From Candidatus Poribacteria bacterium (GTDB lineage: Bacteria > Poribacteria > WGA-4E > WGA-3G), in assembly GCA_965242965.1 (NCBI GenBank), contig OZ251518.1, positions 1,376,001-1,440,000 on the forward strand: a DNA stretch of 64,000 bases, given 5' to 3'. Below the pieces are notes generated by a model, which saw nothing but the letters and a program-made list of their open reading frames with translations, had not been told where the DNA came from and ran no database searches. The translations under genes and the position numbers were made by a program. Below are positions 48,131 through 56,964 of the stretch, piece by piece. Numbering within the stretch: position 1 is the first letter of the stretch; the number at the start of each line of letters is the position of its first letter.

Positions 48131-48736
48131 TCACGCTGTCTGTGCCACCATGCTCGCGAGGATGCCGAGGATTTTGTCGCACTGCGCGATGGGGTAGACT
48201 GCCATGTCAATGAGGAGTTTCTGCGCCTCCAATTTGAGGAAGAGCCACTCTGTTCCTGATGTAACAGTCCCATAGACGCGGGGAATGTCATTTCCTTCTG
48301 CTGCGTTAAAGCGTTGTGCGGCAACCATTTCCGCCGCGCACTGCCCGAACCCTTCGGTCAGATTGTCCCTTTTCGCCTCCACGAGAACGATGACAGGTGC
48401 CTCCAATTCAAATTGCCATGAGGACAAACTTACGACAAAATCACATACCCCGGTCAGGTCGTTTGCGGCATCAACGTTAAAGTCAATGCCCGAGAAGAGA
48501 CTGATGCGGCGCTCAAAATGCTCGCGGAGTTCAACGAGAACGTCGGTGACAATCAGTTCTGACTTCGCTTTTTCGGTGCCGATGGCGGCGGCTAACGACA
48601 CATTTCGCTCCAACTCTGTTATGAGATGTGCACTCGGATTCACCGGGGCGATGCCAGAAAAGAGCCCTTCGGTGTTAACCCTTTCAAGTTGAAACGCTTT
48701 CCGTGCTGCCGCTAAGGTAAAGTTGCTGTATGCCAT
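48131..48736 (-). CDS. PD-(D/E)XK-like 201-aa protein, copy 14
   Basis: Same family as the array; 606 nt from MAYS. Confidence 0.8.
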   Translation of the reverse strand: MAYSNFTLAAARKAFQLERVNTEGLFSGIAPVNPSAHLITELERNVSLAAAIGTEKAKSELIVTDVLVELREHFERRISLFSGIDFNVDAANDLTGVCDFVVSLSSWQFELEAPVIVLVEAKRDNLTEGFGQCAAEMVAAQRFNAAEGNDIPRVYGTVTSGTEWLFLKLEAQKLLIDMAVYPIAQCDKILGILASMVAQTA

Positions 48737-48868
48737 CTGATAACCCTCCGTCCACGGGACTATTTTGGTATAAAACACCGGGGATGCATCGAGACCGGGA
48801 GGTCTCTCCTACCCGTCCACGGGACCATTTTGGTATAAAACGGCTATCCGCCTGCCGCTGGGGAAACC

Positions 48869-49474
48869 TCACGCTGTCTGTGCGACCATGCTCGCGAGGA
48901 TGCCGAGAATTCTGTCGCACCGTTCAATCGTATAGCCCCCCAAATCAATGTAAAGTTTTTGTCTCTCCAATTTGAGGAAAAGCCACTCAACACCTGACGT
49001 GATAGCCCCATAGATGCAGGGAATATCGTTGCCTTTTTCGGCATTAAAGCGTTGCGCTGCCACCATCTCCGCCGCGCACTGCCCAAGGCCGCCGATTAGA
49101 TCTTCCTTTTTCGCCACCACAAGCACGATGACAGGTGCCTTCAGCGAAGATTGCCGTGGCGACAGGCTCACCAAAAAATCACACACGCCAACCAAACTTG
49201 CATCGGCATCAACGTTGAAGTCAATCCCAGAGAAGAAACTGATGCGCAGGTCTAACTGCTCGCGAAGTTCGGCGAGGACACCGGCGACAATCAACTCCGA
49301 CTTTGCTTTCTCGGTGCCGATAGCAATAGCTAACGGGACATGCCGTTCAAGCAGTGTCGTGAAAAAATCACTCGGCGGCATCGGCTCAATATCCGCAAAG
49401 ACTCTCGCGGTATCAATAACCTCTAAGTGAAACGCTTCTTGCACTGCGTCCAAAGTGAAACTGCTATACGCCAT
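48869..49474 (-). CDS. PD-(D/E)XK-like 201-aa protein, copy 15 (EAK changed to VAK)
   Basis: Same family; 606 nt from MAYS. Confidence 0.8.
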   Translation of the reverse strand: MAYSSFTLDAVQEAFHLEVIDTARVFADIEPMPPSDFFTTLLERHVPLAIAIGTEKAKSELIVAGVLAELREQLDLRISFFSGIDFNVDADASLVGVCDFLVSLSPRQSSLKAPVIVLVVAKKEDLIGGLGQCAAEMVAAQRFNAEKGNDIPCIYGAITSGVEWLFLKLERQKLYIDLGGYTIERCDRILGILASMVAQTA

Positions 49475-49523
49475 TTTTCGTATCTCGCAATGCGCCCGAT
49501 TCGGGGTTCTGAGCACCGCAGCC

Positions 49524-49885
49524 CGTAGGAGAGACCTCCCGGTCTCGATTCTTCCGGTAGGAGAGACCTCCTGGTCTCGAATTCTTCTTCCCCGTAGGAG
49601 AGACCTCCCGGTCTCGAATTCTTCCCCGGTAGGAGAGACCTCCCGGTCTCGATGCACCACCCTATCGGGACAAGGATGTCCCTCCTACCGGAAAACCTAT
49701 CGGGACAAGGATGTCCCTCCTACCGGGGGAGCGAAGTCAAGATCGATGCACTACCCTATCGGGACAAGGATGTCCCGCCTACAGGCTTATCGGGACAAGG
49801 ATGTCCCTCCTACGGGGAAACCTATCGGGACAAGGATGGCCCTCCTACCAGAAAACCTATCGGGACAAGGATGTCCCTCCTACCC
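49524..49885. repeat. Tandem REP array: 4 x GTAGGAGAGACCTCC(C/T)GGTCTCGA facing 6 x ATCGGGACAAGGATGTCCCTCCTAC
   Basis: Counted directly; mostly short, self-similar linkers. Confidence 0.9.
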
Positions 49886-49887
49886 GC

Positions 49888-51489
49888 CTATTCCGATATT
49901 GCAACCAGCGTATTCCGAGTCGCGATGTAAAGCACACCGTCTTTGGCGACAGGTGTCGTATAAACCGCGCTCCCCATGTTGATTTCAGTCAGCACCTGCA
50001 TGGTTTTCCCTGCCTTCAGAATGACGACATCGCCATCTTCATCGCCGAGGTAGACCTTACCATCCGCTACGAAAGGTGAACCCCAAATCGCCGCGAAAGT
50101 ATCGTGCGTCCAATAGAGGTCACCGGTGTTGGCATCAAGACAATAGAGGAATCCGCTTAAATCCGAGATGTAGAGCAACCCATCAACAATCGCGGCGGTG
50201 GACATAGTGCGGTTGAATTGTTCATCGCCGAAGTGCCAGACAATAGCACTCTCGGTAGTATCGCCGGTTTGCGTCGCGTCAATGCACCAGAGATGCCCGA
50301 CACCTTCGCCGTGCTCGGGGTCTTGCCCAACACCGATGTAGACATAATTTCCGTAGATGACAGGCGTAGAGATGATATTATTGCGCGTGCCGCGGCCGCC
50401 TAATTCCCAGACAGAATCCTTCGGATTGCAGTCAAACTTCCAGATGATTTCCCCGGTCTCCGGCTCAAACGCGTAGACCCAACCGTCGCCGCCGGGAATG
50501 ATAACCTGCGGCACACCGTTAATCACACCGTAAGCCGGGTTTGACCATTGGCCGTGCAAGATGTTTTCCCCCGGAGATGCATCTTCCCAAACGAGTTCAC
50601 CTGTGTGTTTATTAAGCGCGATGAAACTCGGCGCGTCGGGTGAAGGAATGTGGATATGCCCCTCATCAACGCCGTTGCTTGTCTCCAAAAAGAGCAGATC
50701 TCCCACCACAAGCGGCGAACAAGTGGCGAGATTGTGAGGAAAGACATCCAACTCCTCCATCATATCGTAACTCCAAATGATGTCGGCATCAATCTCACTC
50801 GTCTCTGCCTCATCGGTGAAGGGGCCGTCGTTTTCGCCATCGAGGAACGCCTCGGTATCAATACACACCACCTCACAGCGATTGGAAATGTAATAGAGCC
50901 TGTCTCCCTCAATAAACGGGGTTGAGCAGACCCCCTGCTGGGGCCAATCGTTCACGCGCCCTGAAGGAAGTTTCGTGTGTGTAGATTGCCACAAGAATTC
51001 GCCATCTGATTCCCGAAACGCCATGATAACACCGCGGTCGCGCGTCAGTTTCGGATTGCGAAGTGCCTGGTTGTTCGTGCCGACGAAGACTTTGCCGCCG
51101 ATAACGAGCGGGCCGGCGTAAGTCTGCGAACCGAGCTCCGCTGTCCATTTGATATTCTCGCCTGTCTCCATGTCCCACGTCTCGGGCAAATTTTTCTCAT
51201 CCGATACCATGTTCCGGCTGAGTGTGCCACCCCATAGGGCAATCTCTGTCCCAGCGAGAGCGTTAAGAGTTGGAAGGGAGAAAAGTGCCAAAGTCAATAA
51301 AATGGATAAGATTCCAACGTAGCTTGGCGAGGGACAGGCCCTCGCCCTACGCAGAGAAACCGCATTAGTTCCGTAGACGTGTAGGAGAGACCTCCCGGTC
51401 TCGATGCATCCCCGTAGACGCGGAGAAACCCCATTAATTCCGTAGGCGCGCTCTGAAAGCGCGCACCTCTGTTTTTGCATGATTACCAT
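49888..51489 (-). CDS. PQQ-binding-like (BamB-type) beta-propeller protein
   Basis: NIKWTAELGSQTY, STP, D..TGE.IW, GSPFVADGKVYLGDEDG. Start uncertain; the N-terminus contains REP-derived sequence. Confidence 0.85.
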   Translation of the reverse strand: MVIMQKQRCALSERAYGINGVSPRLRGCIETGRSLLHVYGTNAVSLRRARACPSPSYVGILSILLTLALFSLPTLNALAGTEIALWGGTLSRNMVSDEKNLPETWDMETGENIKWTAELGSQTYAGPLVIGGKVFVGTNNQALRNPKLTRDRGVIMAFRESDGEFLWQSTHTKLPSGRVNDWPQQGVCSTPFIEGDRLYYISNRCEVVCIDTEAFLDGENDGPFTDEAETSEIDADIIWSYDMMEELDVFPHNLATCSPLVVGDLLFLETSNGVDEGHIHIPSPDAPSFIALNKHTGELVWEDASPGENILHGQWSNPAYGVINGVPQVIIPGGDGWVYAFEPETGEIIWKFDCNPKDSVWELGGRGTRNNIISTPVIYGNYVYIGVGQDPEHGEGVGHLWCIDATQTGDTTESAIVWHFGDEQFNRTMSTAAIVDGLLYISDLSGFLYCLDANTGDLYWTHDTFAAIWGSPFVADGKVYLGDEDGDVVILKAGKTMQVLTEINMGSAVYTTPVAKDGVLYIATRNTLVAISE

Positions 51490-52490
51490 ACCTTTAAATT
51501 ATCGTAATAGATTTCAGTCGGCGAGTAGCCGTAGATACCAGGGCTGCCTTCACGGTTCGGCCTCGGGTCCTCGGCAACCAGTGTCCAATCTTCAGGTTCA
51601 GGCTCCCCAGTGCGCCAGACTTTCCCGCGGATGATTGCCGTGTCGTCAACCACCTCTACCTGCATTTTCATCGTATACCAGACATCGATCTCCCATGGAA
51701 AATCGATCGTCTTCGCCATGCGCAGATCGGATGCCCACGAACGGATTTGCAACCGCTGATGCCTCCCCTGCATATCTAACGTGTAGCGATTGGCGATTAA
51801 GCCCATGTCTGGCAGTCTGCGCTTGGTTTTCGTGCCCATCAGATCGACCTGGATTGTATAGTCCCTCATCATCGGCGGACCGAGGTAGACGTTTGAACGG
51901 TTCAATCCGCGCTGCACAGGCGTTTTGACAAGCACCTTGTTGCTTGCGCTGGAAGTCGGATCCTCTCTGACAAAAAACTTCCCTGTCGCGCCTATCCAGT
52001 GAGTTGGGATTTTTTCGAGCGTAATCCCTTCAAAATCCTCTGTCCATGGCATCGCGGGAATGACGCGGATCCTCGCAGTCGCCTTCATCTCTCCAACTTG
52101 CGCAGAGACTATACCTGCCTGCGCACCCGCGTTTTTATCCGGAGTGAAACTGGCGGTAGGAGAGACCTCCCAGTCTCGATGCATGCCGGTAGGAGAGACC
52201 TCCCGGTCTCGATTACTCTCCCGGTCGCGATTCTCAATAGAACCGGTGAGCCCATCAAGCATCCACGTAACGTCTCCAACATTTTCGGTGCGTTTGCCGC
52301 TCGCATCGAAACCGATGACGCGCAGCTGAACCGCCTCACCTGCTGTAACCGATTCCGCTGGCGCGAGCAAGATGGAAACAGCAGGCTCAGCCATTTGCAT
52401 CGGTTGGCTTGGCGGCAACTCTTTGCTAGCACAACCGAAGAAGCAACCGGCCATCAGGAGAACAGCAAGTCCGTAAACAACTTTCATCAT
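51483..52490 (-). CDS. Lipoprotein with Ig-like and concanavalin/DUF1080-like beta-sandwich domains
   Basis: Lipobox FFGC; WYTMK...IRGKVW..GEPEP..W, GSPGIYG, IYYDNLKV. Confidence 0.7.
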   Translation of the reverse strand: MMKVVYGLAVLLMAGCFFGCASKELPPSQPMQMAEPAVSILLAPAESVTAGEAVQLRVIGFDASGKRTENVGDVTWMLDGLTGSIENRDRESNRDREVSPTGMHRDWEVSPTASFTPDKNAGAQAGIVSAQVGEMKATARIRVIPAMPWTEDFEGITLEKIPTHWIGATGKFFVREDPTSSASNKVLVKTPVQRGLNRSNVYLGPPMMRDYTIQVDLMGTKTKRRLPDMGLIANRYTLDMQGRHQRLQIRSWASDLRMAKTIDFPWEIDVWYTMKMQVEVVDDTAIIRGKVWRTGEPEPEDWTLVAEDPRPNREGSPGIYGYSPTEIYYDNLKVW

Positions 52491-53815
52491 TATTCCATCC
52501 TCCCGATACAGTATAGGTATTCTTCTGTGGTAAAATAGATCCGTCCATCAGCCACAGCGGGTGAGCCGTAAATTTCAACGTAGTGTTCGTCATCCTCGGC
52601 ACGGTTGAGCTGCTGAACGCTCAGCGTCTCGCACGCATCCGCGCCAGGGCGAAGGATGTGGAATTTGCCGTTGACTTCTGTCACATACAACTTTCCATCA
52701 GCCCACACCGGTGAACCTTTGCCAACGGTGCCGATGCTGTGCTCCCAGTATAATTCGCCGGTTGCGGCATCAAGGCAGTGCAAGTTCGCGGAGTTATCGG
52801 CGATATAGAGCCTTCCGCCGTGCAACGCAGGCGACACATAACCGAAGTTCACGCCATCATATCGCCACACTTCGTGGGTTTGGGTGACATCACCGGTGCC
52901 GGTGGCATCGATGCAGACAACGCGCCCCATCGCGGTGGTATCTATATTTTCCTCCCCGTGCGAGGCGTAAACCCTCTTGTTGCGCGCATCAACGACAACG
53001 GAGGTGTTAATGCCGCGCAGACTCAGGTTAAAGCCCCAGACCCTCTCCCCGGTCGGCTGTTTCATGGCATAGATGCTGCCATCAGCATTGCCGCCGATGA
53101 TATAGGATTGTCCATCAATTTCAGCGACAACCGGGGTAGAGTAGGTAGTATCCAGCGGTCTGCCGCCGGGCGTGGCTACCCAGATGAGTTCTCCGGTGCG
53201 TTTATCAAAAGCGAAATAGCGATGCCGCGTCGCCGCCTGTTCCCCCCAACTCGCATTGAGATAACTGATAACCACCAGGTCTCCGGCGATAATCGGCGTG
53301 TGGATGCGGCCGCCGTAGCCAGAGATGCGGCCATACTCCTCCGTCAGCGAACGAGACCAGACGATTTTTCCATCTCTATCAAAACAGAAAAACAGCCCTT
53401 GAACGCCGTGGACATAGACGTTTCCGGTCTCCACATCGCCGGCAGGACTTGCCCATCCGACGCGATTAAAGGAGATAGTCGTATGGAAGACGTTGAATTG
53501 ATGGTTCCAGAGCAATTCGCCAGTCTTCGCGTCAAAGCAGGCGACGCGTTCCTGTTCCGTGATATCTTGCCCGACGCGCCCGATGACGTAGACGCGTCCG
53601 TTCATCACAATCGGCGTGGAACGCCCGATAAAATCCGCCTTCCAGAGAAGGTTCTCTCCCTCGGCAGACCAGGTTGAAACGAGGTTAGTTTCCGGGGAGG
53701 TGCCATCTTGATCTGGTCCTCGCCATGTGGGCCATGCATCGGCGTGCGCCGCATTCGTCCCGCACGCGATGATGAGACATAAGATTATATAGCAAATCTG
53801 TTTGTGTTGGTTCAA
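52490..53815 (-). CDS. PQQ-binding-like (BamB-type) beta-propeller protein
   Basis: Signal peptide; WPTWRGPDQDG; STP; CFDAKTGELLW; GSPVWADGKLY; TTG start with GGAGG RBS. Confidence 0.88.
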   Translation of the reverse strand: MNQHKQICYIILCLIIACGTNAAHADAWPTWRGPDQDGTSPETNLVSTWSAEGENLLWKADFIGRSTPIVMNGRVYVIGRVGQDITEQERVACFDAKTGELLWNHQFNVFHTTISFNRVGWASPAGDVETGNVYVHGVQGLFFCFDRDGKIVWSRSLTEEYGRISGYGGRIHTPIIAGDLVVISYLNASWGEQAATRHRYFAFDKRTGELIWVATPGGRPLDTTYSTPVVAEIDGQSYIIGGNADGSIYAMKQPTGERVWGFNLSLRGINTSVVVDARNKRVYASHGEENIDTTAMGRVVCIDATGTGDVTQTHEVWRYDGVNFGYVSPALHGGRLYIADNSANLHCLDAATGELYWEHSIGTVGKGSPVWADGKLYVTEVNGKFHILRPGADACETLSVQQLNRAEDDEHYVEIYGSPAVADGRIYFTTEEYLYCIGRME

Positions 53816-53979
53816 ATTTTTATTTTCTCCTCCCTTATTGAATCGTAGCGTGTCTTATTTTTTTAGACGATGCAAACGTCCTAACGTTTAAATCGGTGGC
53901 TGGCTAGAGACTATTATCGCATTTTTGGCATTTTTTTGCAAGTTAATTTTAGAAGACAGGCAGAAATCCCCACGCGAAA

Positions 53980-54205
53980 CGTAGGGGTGGGAAAACCTGT
54001 CCCTCGCCATCGTTCGCGCAATCCAACCTGCGCGGAGGACAGCACGCCGCCTCCACGCCTGTAGGTCAGGATCGCCTGATCCTGAACTGTTTGTGATCAG
54101 GCGATCACAAACGACAGAGAGCACGAAACCCCTCCGTTTCACCGTAGGGCGAGGGCCTGTCCCTCGCCGTGCAACGATCGCGGGGGACAGGCCCCCGCGC
54201 TACGA
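53980..54205. repeat. REP-like cluster
   Basis: GTAGGTCAGGATCGCCTGATCCTGA, GTAGGGCGAGGGCCTGTCCCTCGCC, CGCGGGGGACAGGCCCCCGCG. Confidence 0.8.
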
Positions 54206-54253
54206 TAAGGCAGCAACCCGCCGCTTCACCACCGTTCCGATCTCCAAAAAACC

Positions 54254-54457
54254 TTGACAAAAAATGCACATTTTGCTAAAATAAAATCACTTTCAACCAT
54301 TTTTGGCAATTTTTCGCGGGAATTTGACAATTTTCACGAATTTCCGCAAAAAAAACTTGACAATAAAACTGAAATTCGCTAAAATAAGACCAGTTTTAAC
54401 GGTTTTAGCGAATTTCTCGCAAAAAAATTTGACATTTTTCACGTTTTTGTGTATAAT
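54254..54457 (+). promoter_or_regulatory. Three tandem sigma70 promoters
   Basis: TTGACA-17-TAAAAT (54254-54282), TTGACA-17-TAAAAT (54357-54385), TTGACA-17-TATAAT (54429-54457, perfect consensus); A-tracts upstream of each. Confidence 0.85.
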
Positions 54458-54463
54458 TAATGC

Positions 54464-54797
54464 AAACGTGGTGATACGCGCGAAAAAATCGCGCCACCGC
54501 GAGACCGAAACCGAACAGAGGAACGATACCGTGAACCAGCGAATTGATTATGCCATTGCTAATGAGGTCACCGTAGACCTGCCCGGGCCCCGCGAGATGC
54601 CGCACATCCGGTGCACGTCTGGCCCGTTTGTCGCGCCGTCACGACGAGTTCCCGTTCGGCTTAATGCCCAGAGGGGAGGCTCGACCCCCCCTGACACCCA
54701 CAGGCGTTAAGCAAAGTTTATTCACTTGACAGCGGCGACTTTCGTCGTCTTGTTGTCTTCTACCCCGCACGCATTCTTTGCGTGGCGGGTTCTTTTC
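54464..54797 (+). ncRNA. Candidate structured RNA or leader (unidentified)
   Basis: Follows the promoters; nested stems such as CCGAAC/GTTCGG, CGGGCC/GGCCCG, GCTTAATGCC/GGCGTTAAGC; ends at a terminator-like hairpin. Confidence 0.4.
54763..54797 (+). terminator. Putative intrinsic terminator
   Basis: CCCGCACGCA-TTCTT-TGCGTGGCGGG followed by TTCTTTTC. Confidence 0.5.
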
Positions 54798-55087
54798 GTT
54801 GCATTGGGACTGGCCCGATGCATTTCCCTGCCACATTTCTGGTTGCCCCCGTTTCCCTTGTTATTCTCCCTATTTGTCCATACGAGATTTCCGCGCGCCG
54901 CTTTTGGTGGTGCGGATTTCTGTTGCTGTCTATTCTTGATGGCGGGCAAATGGAGGAGGATGGGGACCAACAGGATAGCGATGGGATAGTGGTAGGATTT
55001 TCACTGAATACCGCGCAGCACCTCCCACCGGAGGAGCCGCGCAACATCTGTCTCATGTGGAATGAGGCAGCAATTTGACAGGAGTAT

Positions 55088-55420
55088 ATGATGCCAATTT
55101 GCAGAGTGCTTCGCATCACATGCCATGAACAAGAAGATTGGACAGGCGATGATGATGCTTACATAACGATCAATGGCGAAAATTTCTGGGGGCCGAAAAG
55201 TATGGATACGGGCCAAACCCGCGAGATTCGCCGCGATTATCAGTTCCGCCGCCGCGCCAGGATAGCCCTGTACGAAGCCGATCTTGACCCCGACGACTTC
55301 CTTGGTGAGCAAGTTATCACCCGGGCGGATATCGGCAGCGGGGAACAGGACTTACCCTTCAGAGAGGATGGCGCGAACTACACGATCCGGGTTATCGCGC
55401 TCAAGCACCAGGATGAGTAA
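55088..55420 (+). CDS. Small acidic beta-sandwich protein, C2-domain-like
   Basis: EDWTGDDDAYITI and IALYEADLDPDDFLG resemble C2 Ca-binding loops; AGGAG RBS. Confidence 0.6.
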   Translation: MMPICRVLRITCHEQEDWTGDDDAYITINGENFWGPKSMDTGQTREIRRDYQFRRRARIALYEADLDPDDFLGEQVITRADIGSGEQDLPFREDGANYTIRVIALKHQDE

Positions 55421-55557
55421 GCCTGCTGACCCCGGGCCGCGCTTCATGGCGGCTCCGGTGGGGTTTGGATGTTTGAGAGTTGCGGCGGACGCGGGTGTGT
55501 CGAATAGTGTCGGCACCCTCCGCCGCAACCAACTTTTATTCTGAGGAGGAATGAACG

Positions 55558-55815
55558 ATGAGCGAAGCTGCCATTTCCAATATGATTACGGAAATTCGCA
55601 AAAAGGCAGATCGAGTCAAGCGAGACCTCGGACATGTCCTTGATGGTAACTTTGACAAGGTAAGCAAGGAAACAAAACGGGAATTTGGCGAGATCGCAAC
55701 GGAAGCTCTGAAGAGGAACGTTCGGGTTGAGATTCCTTTCAACGATCGAGTCACGATTATCGTTCGCCGCAAGAGCGATGGTTCAATCGGTGTTGGTATC
55801 AATGCTGAATTCTAG
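55558..55815 (+). CDS. Hypothetical protein
   Basis: 85 aa, GAGGAGG RBS. Confidence 0.65.
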   Translation: MSEAAISNMITEIRKKADRVKRDLGHVLDGNFDKVSKETKREFGEIATEALKRNVRVEIPFNDRVTIIVRRKSDGSIGVGINAEF

Positions 55816-56231
55816 GTGCCGATATCGAAGCACTTTACCGCGATCCAGAAATGCATCTGGAATCAAGCATCGTTTATTGGGCGAGTGCAGCGGACTGCCT
55901 AGGTTTCCGCACGGCATGGAAACCCACCGCCGCGGCTTACATCCCTGAGACAGGATAAGAACAGCCGCACCCCGATAGTTTTCCGAGTTATCAACGGAGA
56001 CTGCTGGACAACAAAACAGTGGCCGCCCGTTGGGAGATATTTTTCACCGAATACCGTGCACACCTCTTATAAAGATTAAGGAATTAAATAGGTTATTTTT
56101 CCGCGGGAAAACAGGCGGCTATAGAAATACGCCCTTACGCTCGCTCGGCGCGCAGGCGTTCTGAAAATAACCCCATTAGTTGCTGAAATTCATACGAGGT
56201 GTGCTACGGCAAACGAAAAGGAGTTACAACC

Positions 56232-56594
56232 ATGAACCAAGACTTCACCCTATCCTCTCCTACTCAAGGGGCAAAAGCAATAGTCTATTCTGTCAGTTCC
56301 GTGCAGTTGTTCCCTATTAAGAGCGATGACGGTTCTGACGCGCTTCTGATTGTTGCCGAAGGCGAAGTGATATCAACGGGATGGACGAATCCGAAACTCC
56401 TCCCTTACACGTACACTCAAGAGCCGCCGGATGGCATCTGGGACTTCGTCTTCGCCGCAGACCCACCGCGAGACATTTCGTCTCCCATGTTAACCCCTAT
56501 CCGGGTGAAACATATCGTGACCGATGTGCCCGAAGGGTTCTGGGGCGTTCGTGTTCGCGCGGCGACGAACAGCGTTGAAACTGCGACGCAATAG
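56232..56594 (+). CDS. Hypothetical protein
   Basis: AAGGAG RBS before MNQDFT; GWTNPKL...PPDGIWDFVFAADPP. Confidence 0.7.
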   Translation: MNQDFTLSSPTQGAKAIVYSVSSVQLFPIKSDDGSDALLIVAEGEVISTGWTNPKLLPYTYTQEPPDGIWDFVFAADPPRDISSPMLTPIRVKHIVTDVPEGFWGVRVRAATNSVETATQ

Positions 56595-56964
56595 GACAGC
56601 GGCACCGCGCCCAAGGATATCCTGAAAAGATGGACAGGCACGGTGCCCATCCATACACCACACATGGAAGAGCGCGCTTGCAAACCACGCCTACCATGTT
56701 GATTACTGGCACCTCAACCGGCGGCATCCTCGCGCTGGAATTGAGTAGGCGGGAGGGGCCTAAGGGACCACCGCGGTATTCCGCCGCTAACGAAGAAGGA
56801 GTGTTTATCATATTGAAACACTTAGCAACGTTCGCGGTTCTTGCAGTCTGTCTTTTTGCTATCGCTACAGACACGATAGGCGAGACCTCGGGGTCTCGAT
56901 GCTTCCATCGGTTCGCGTAGACATCGCGACCCGGAGCATGCGAAAAACAACAGGAGATTTTTTG

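Noticed and set aside
49524-49885. CRISPR array
   Set aside because: Linkers are mostly short and self-similar, two repeat families face each other, the same units are scattered through the window, and no cas genes are present.
54464-54797. tRNA, tmRNA or RNase P RNA
   Set aside because: No TTCGA T-loop with an acceptor stem and CCA, and no GAGGAAAGTCC or ACAGAA.CCGGCTTA signatures; kept only as an unidentified structured RNA.
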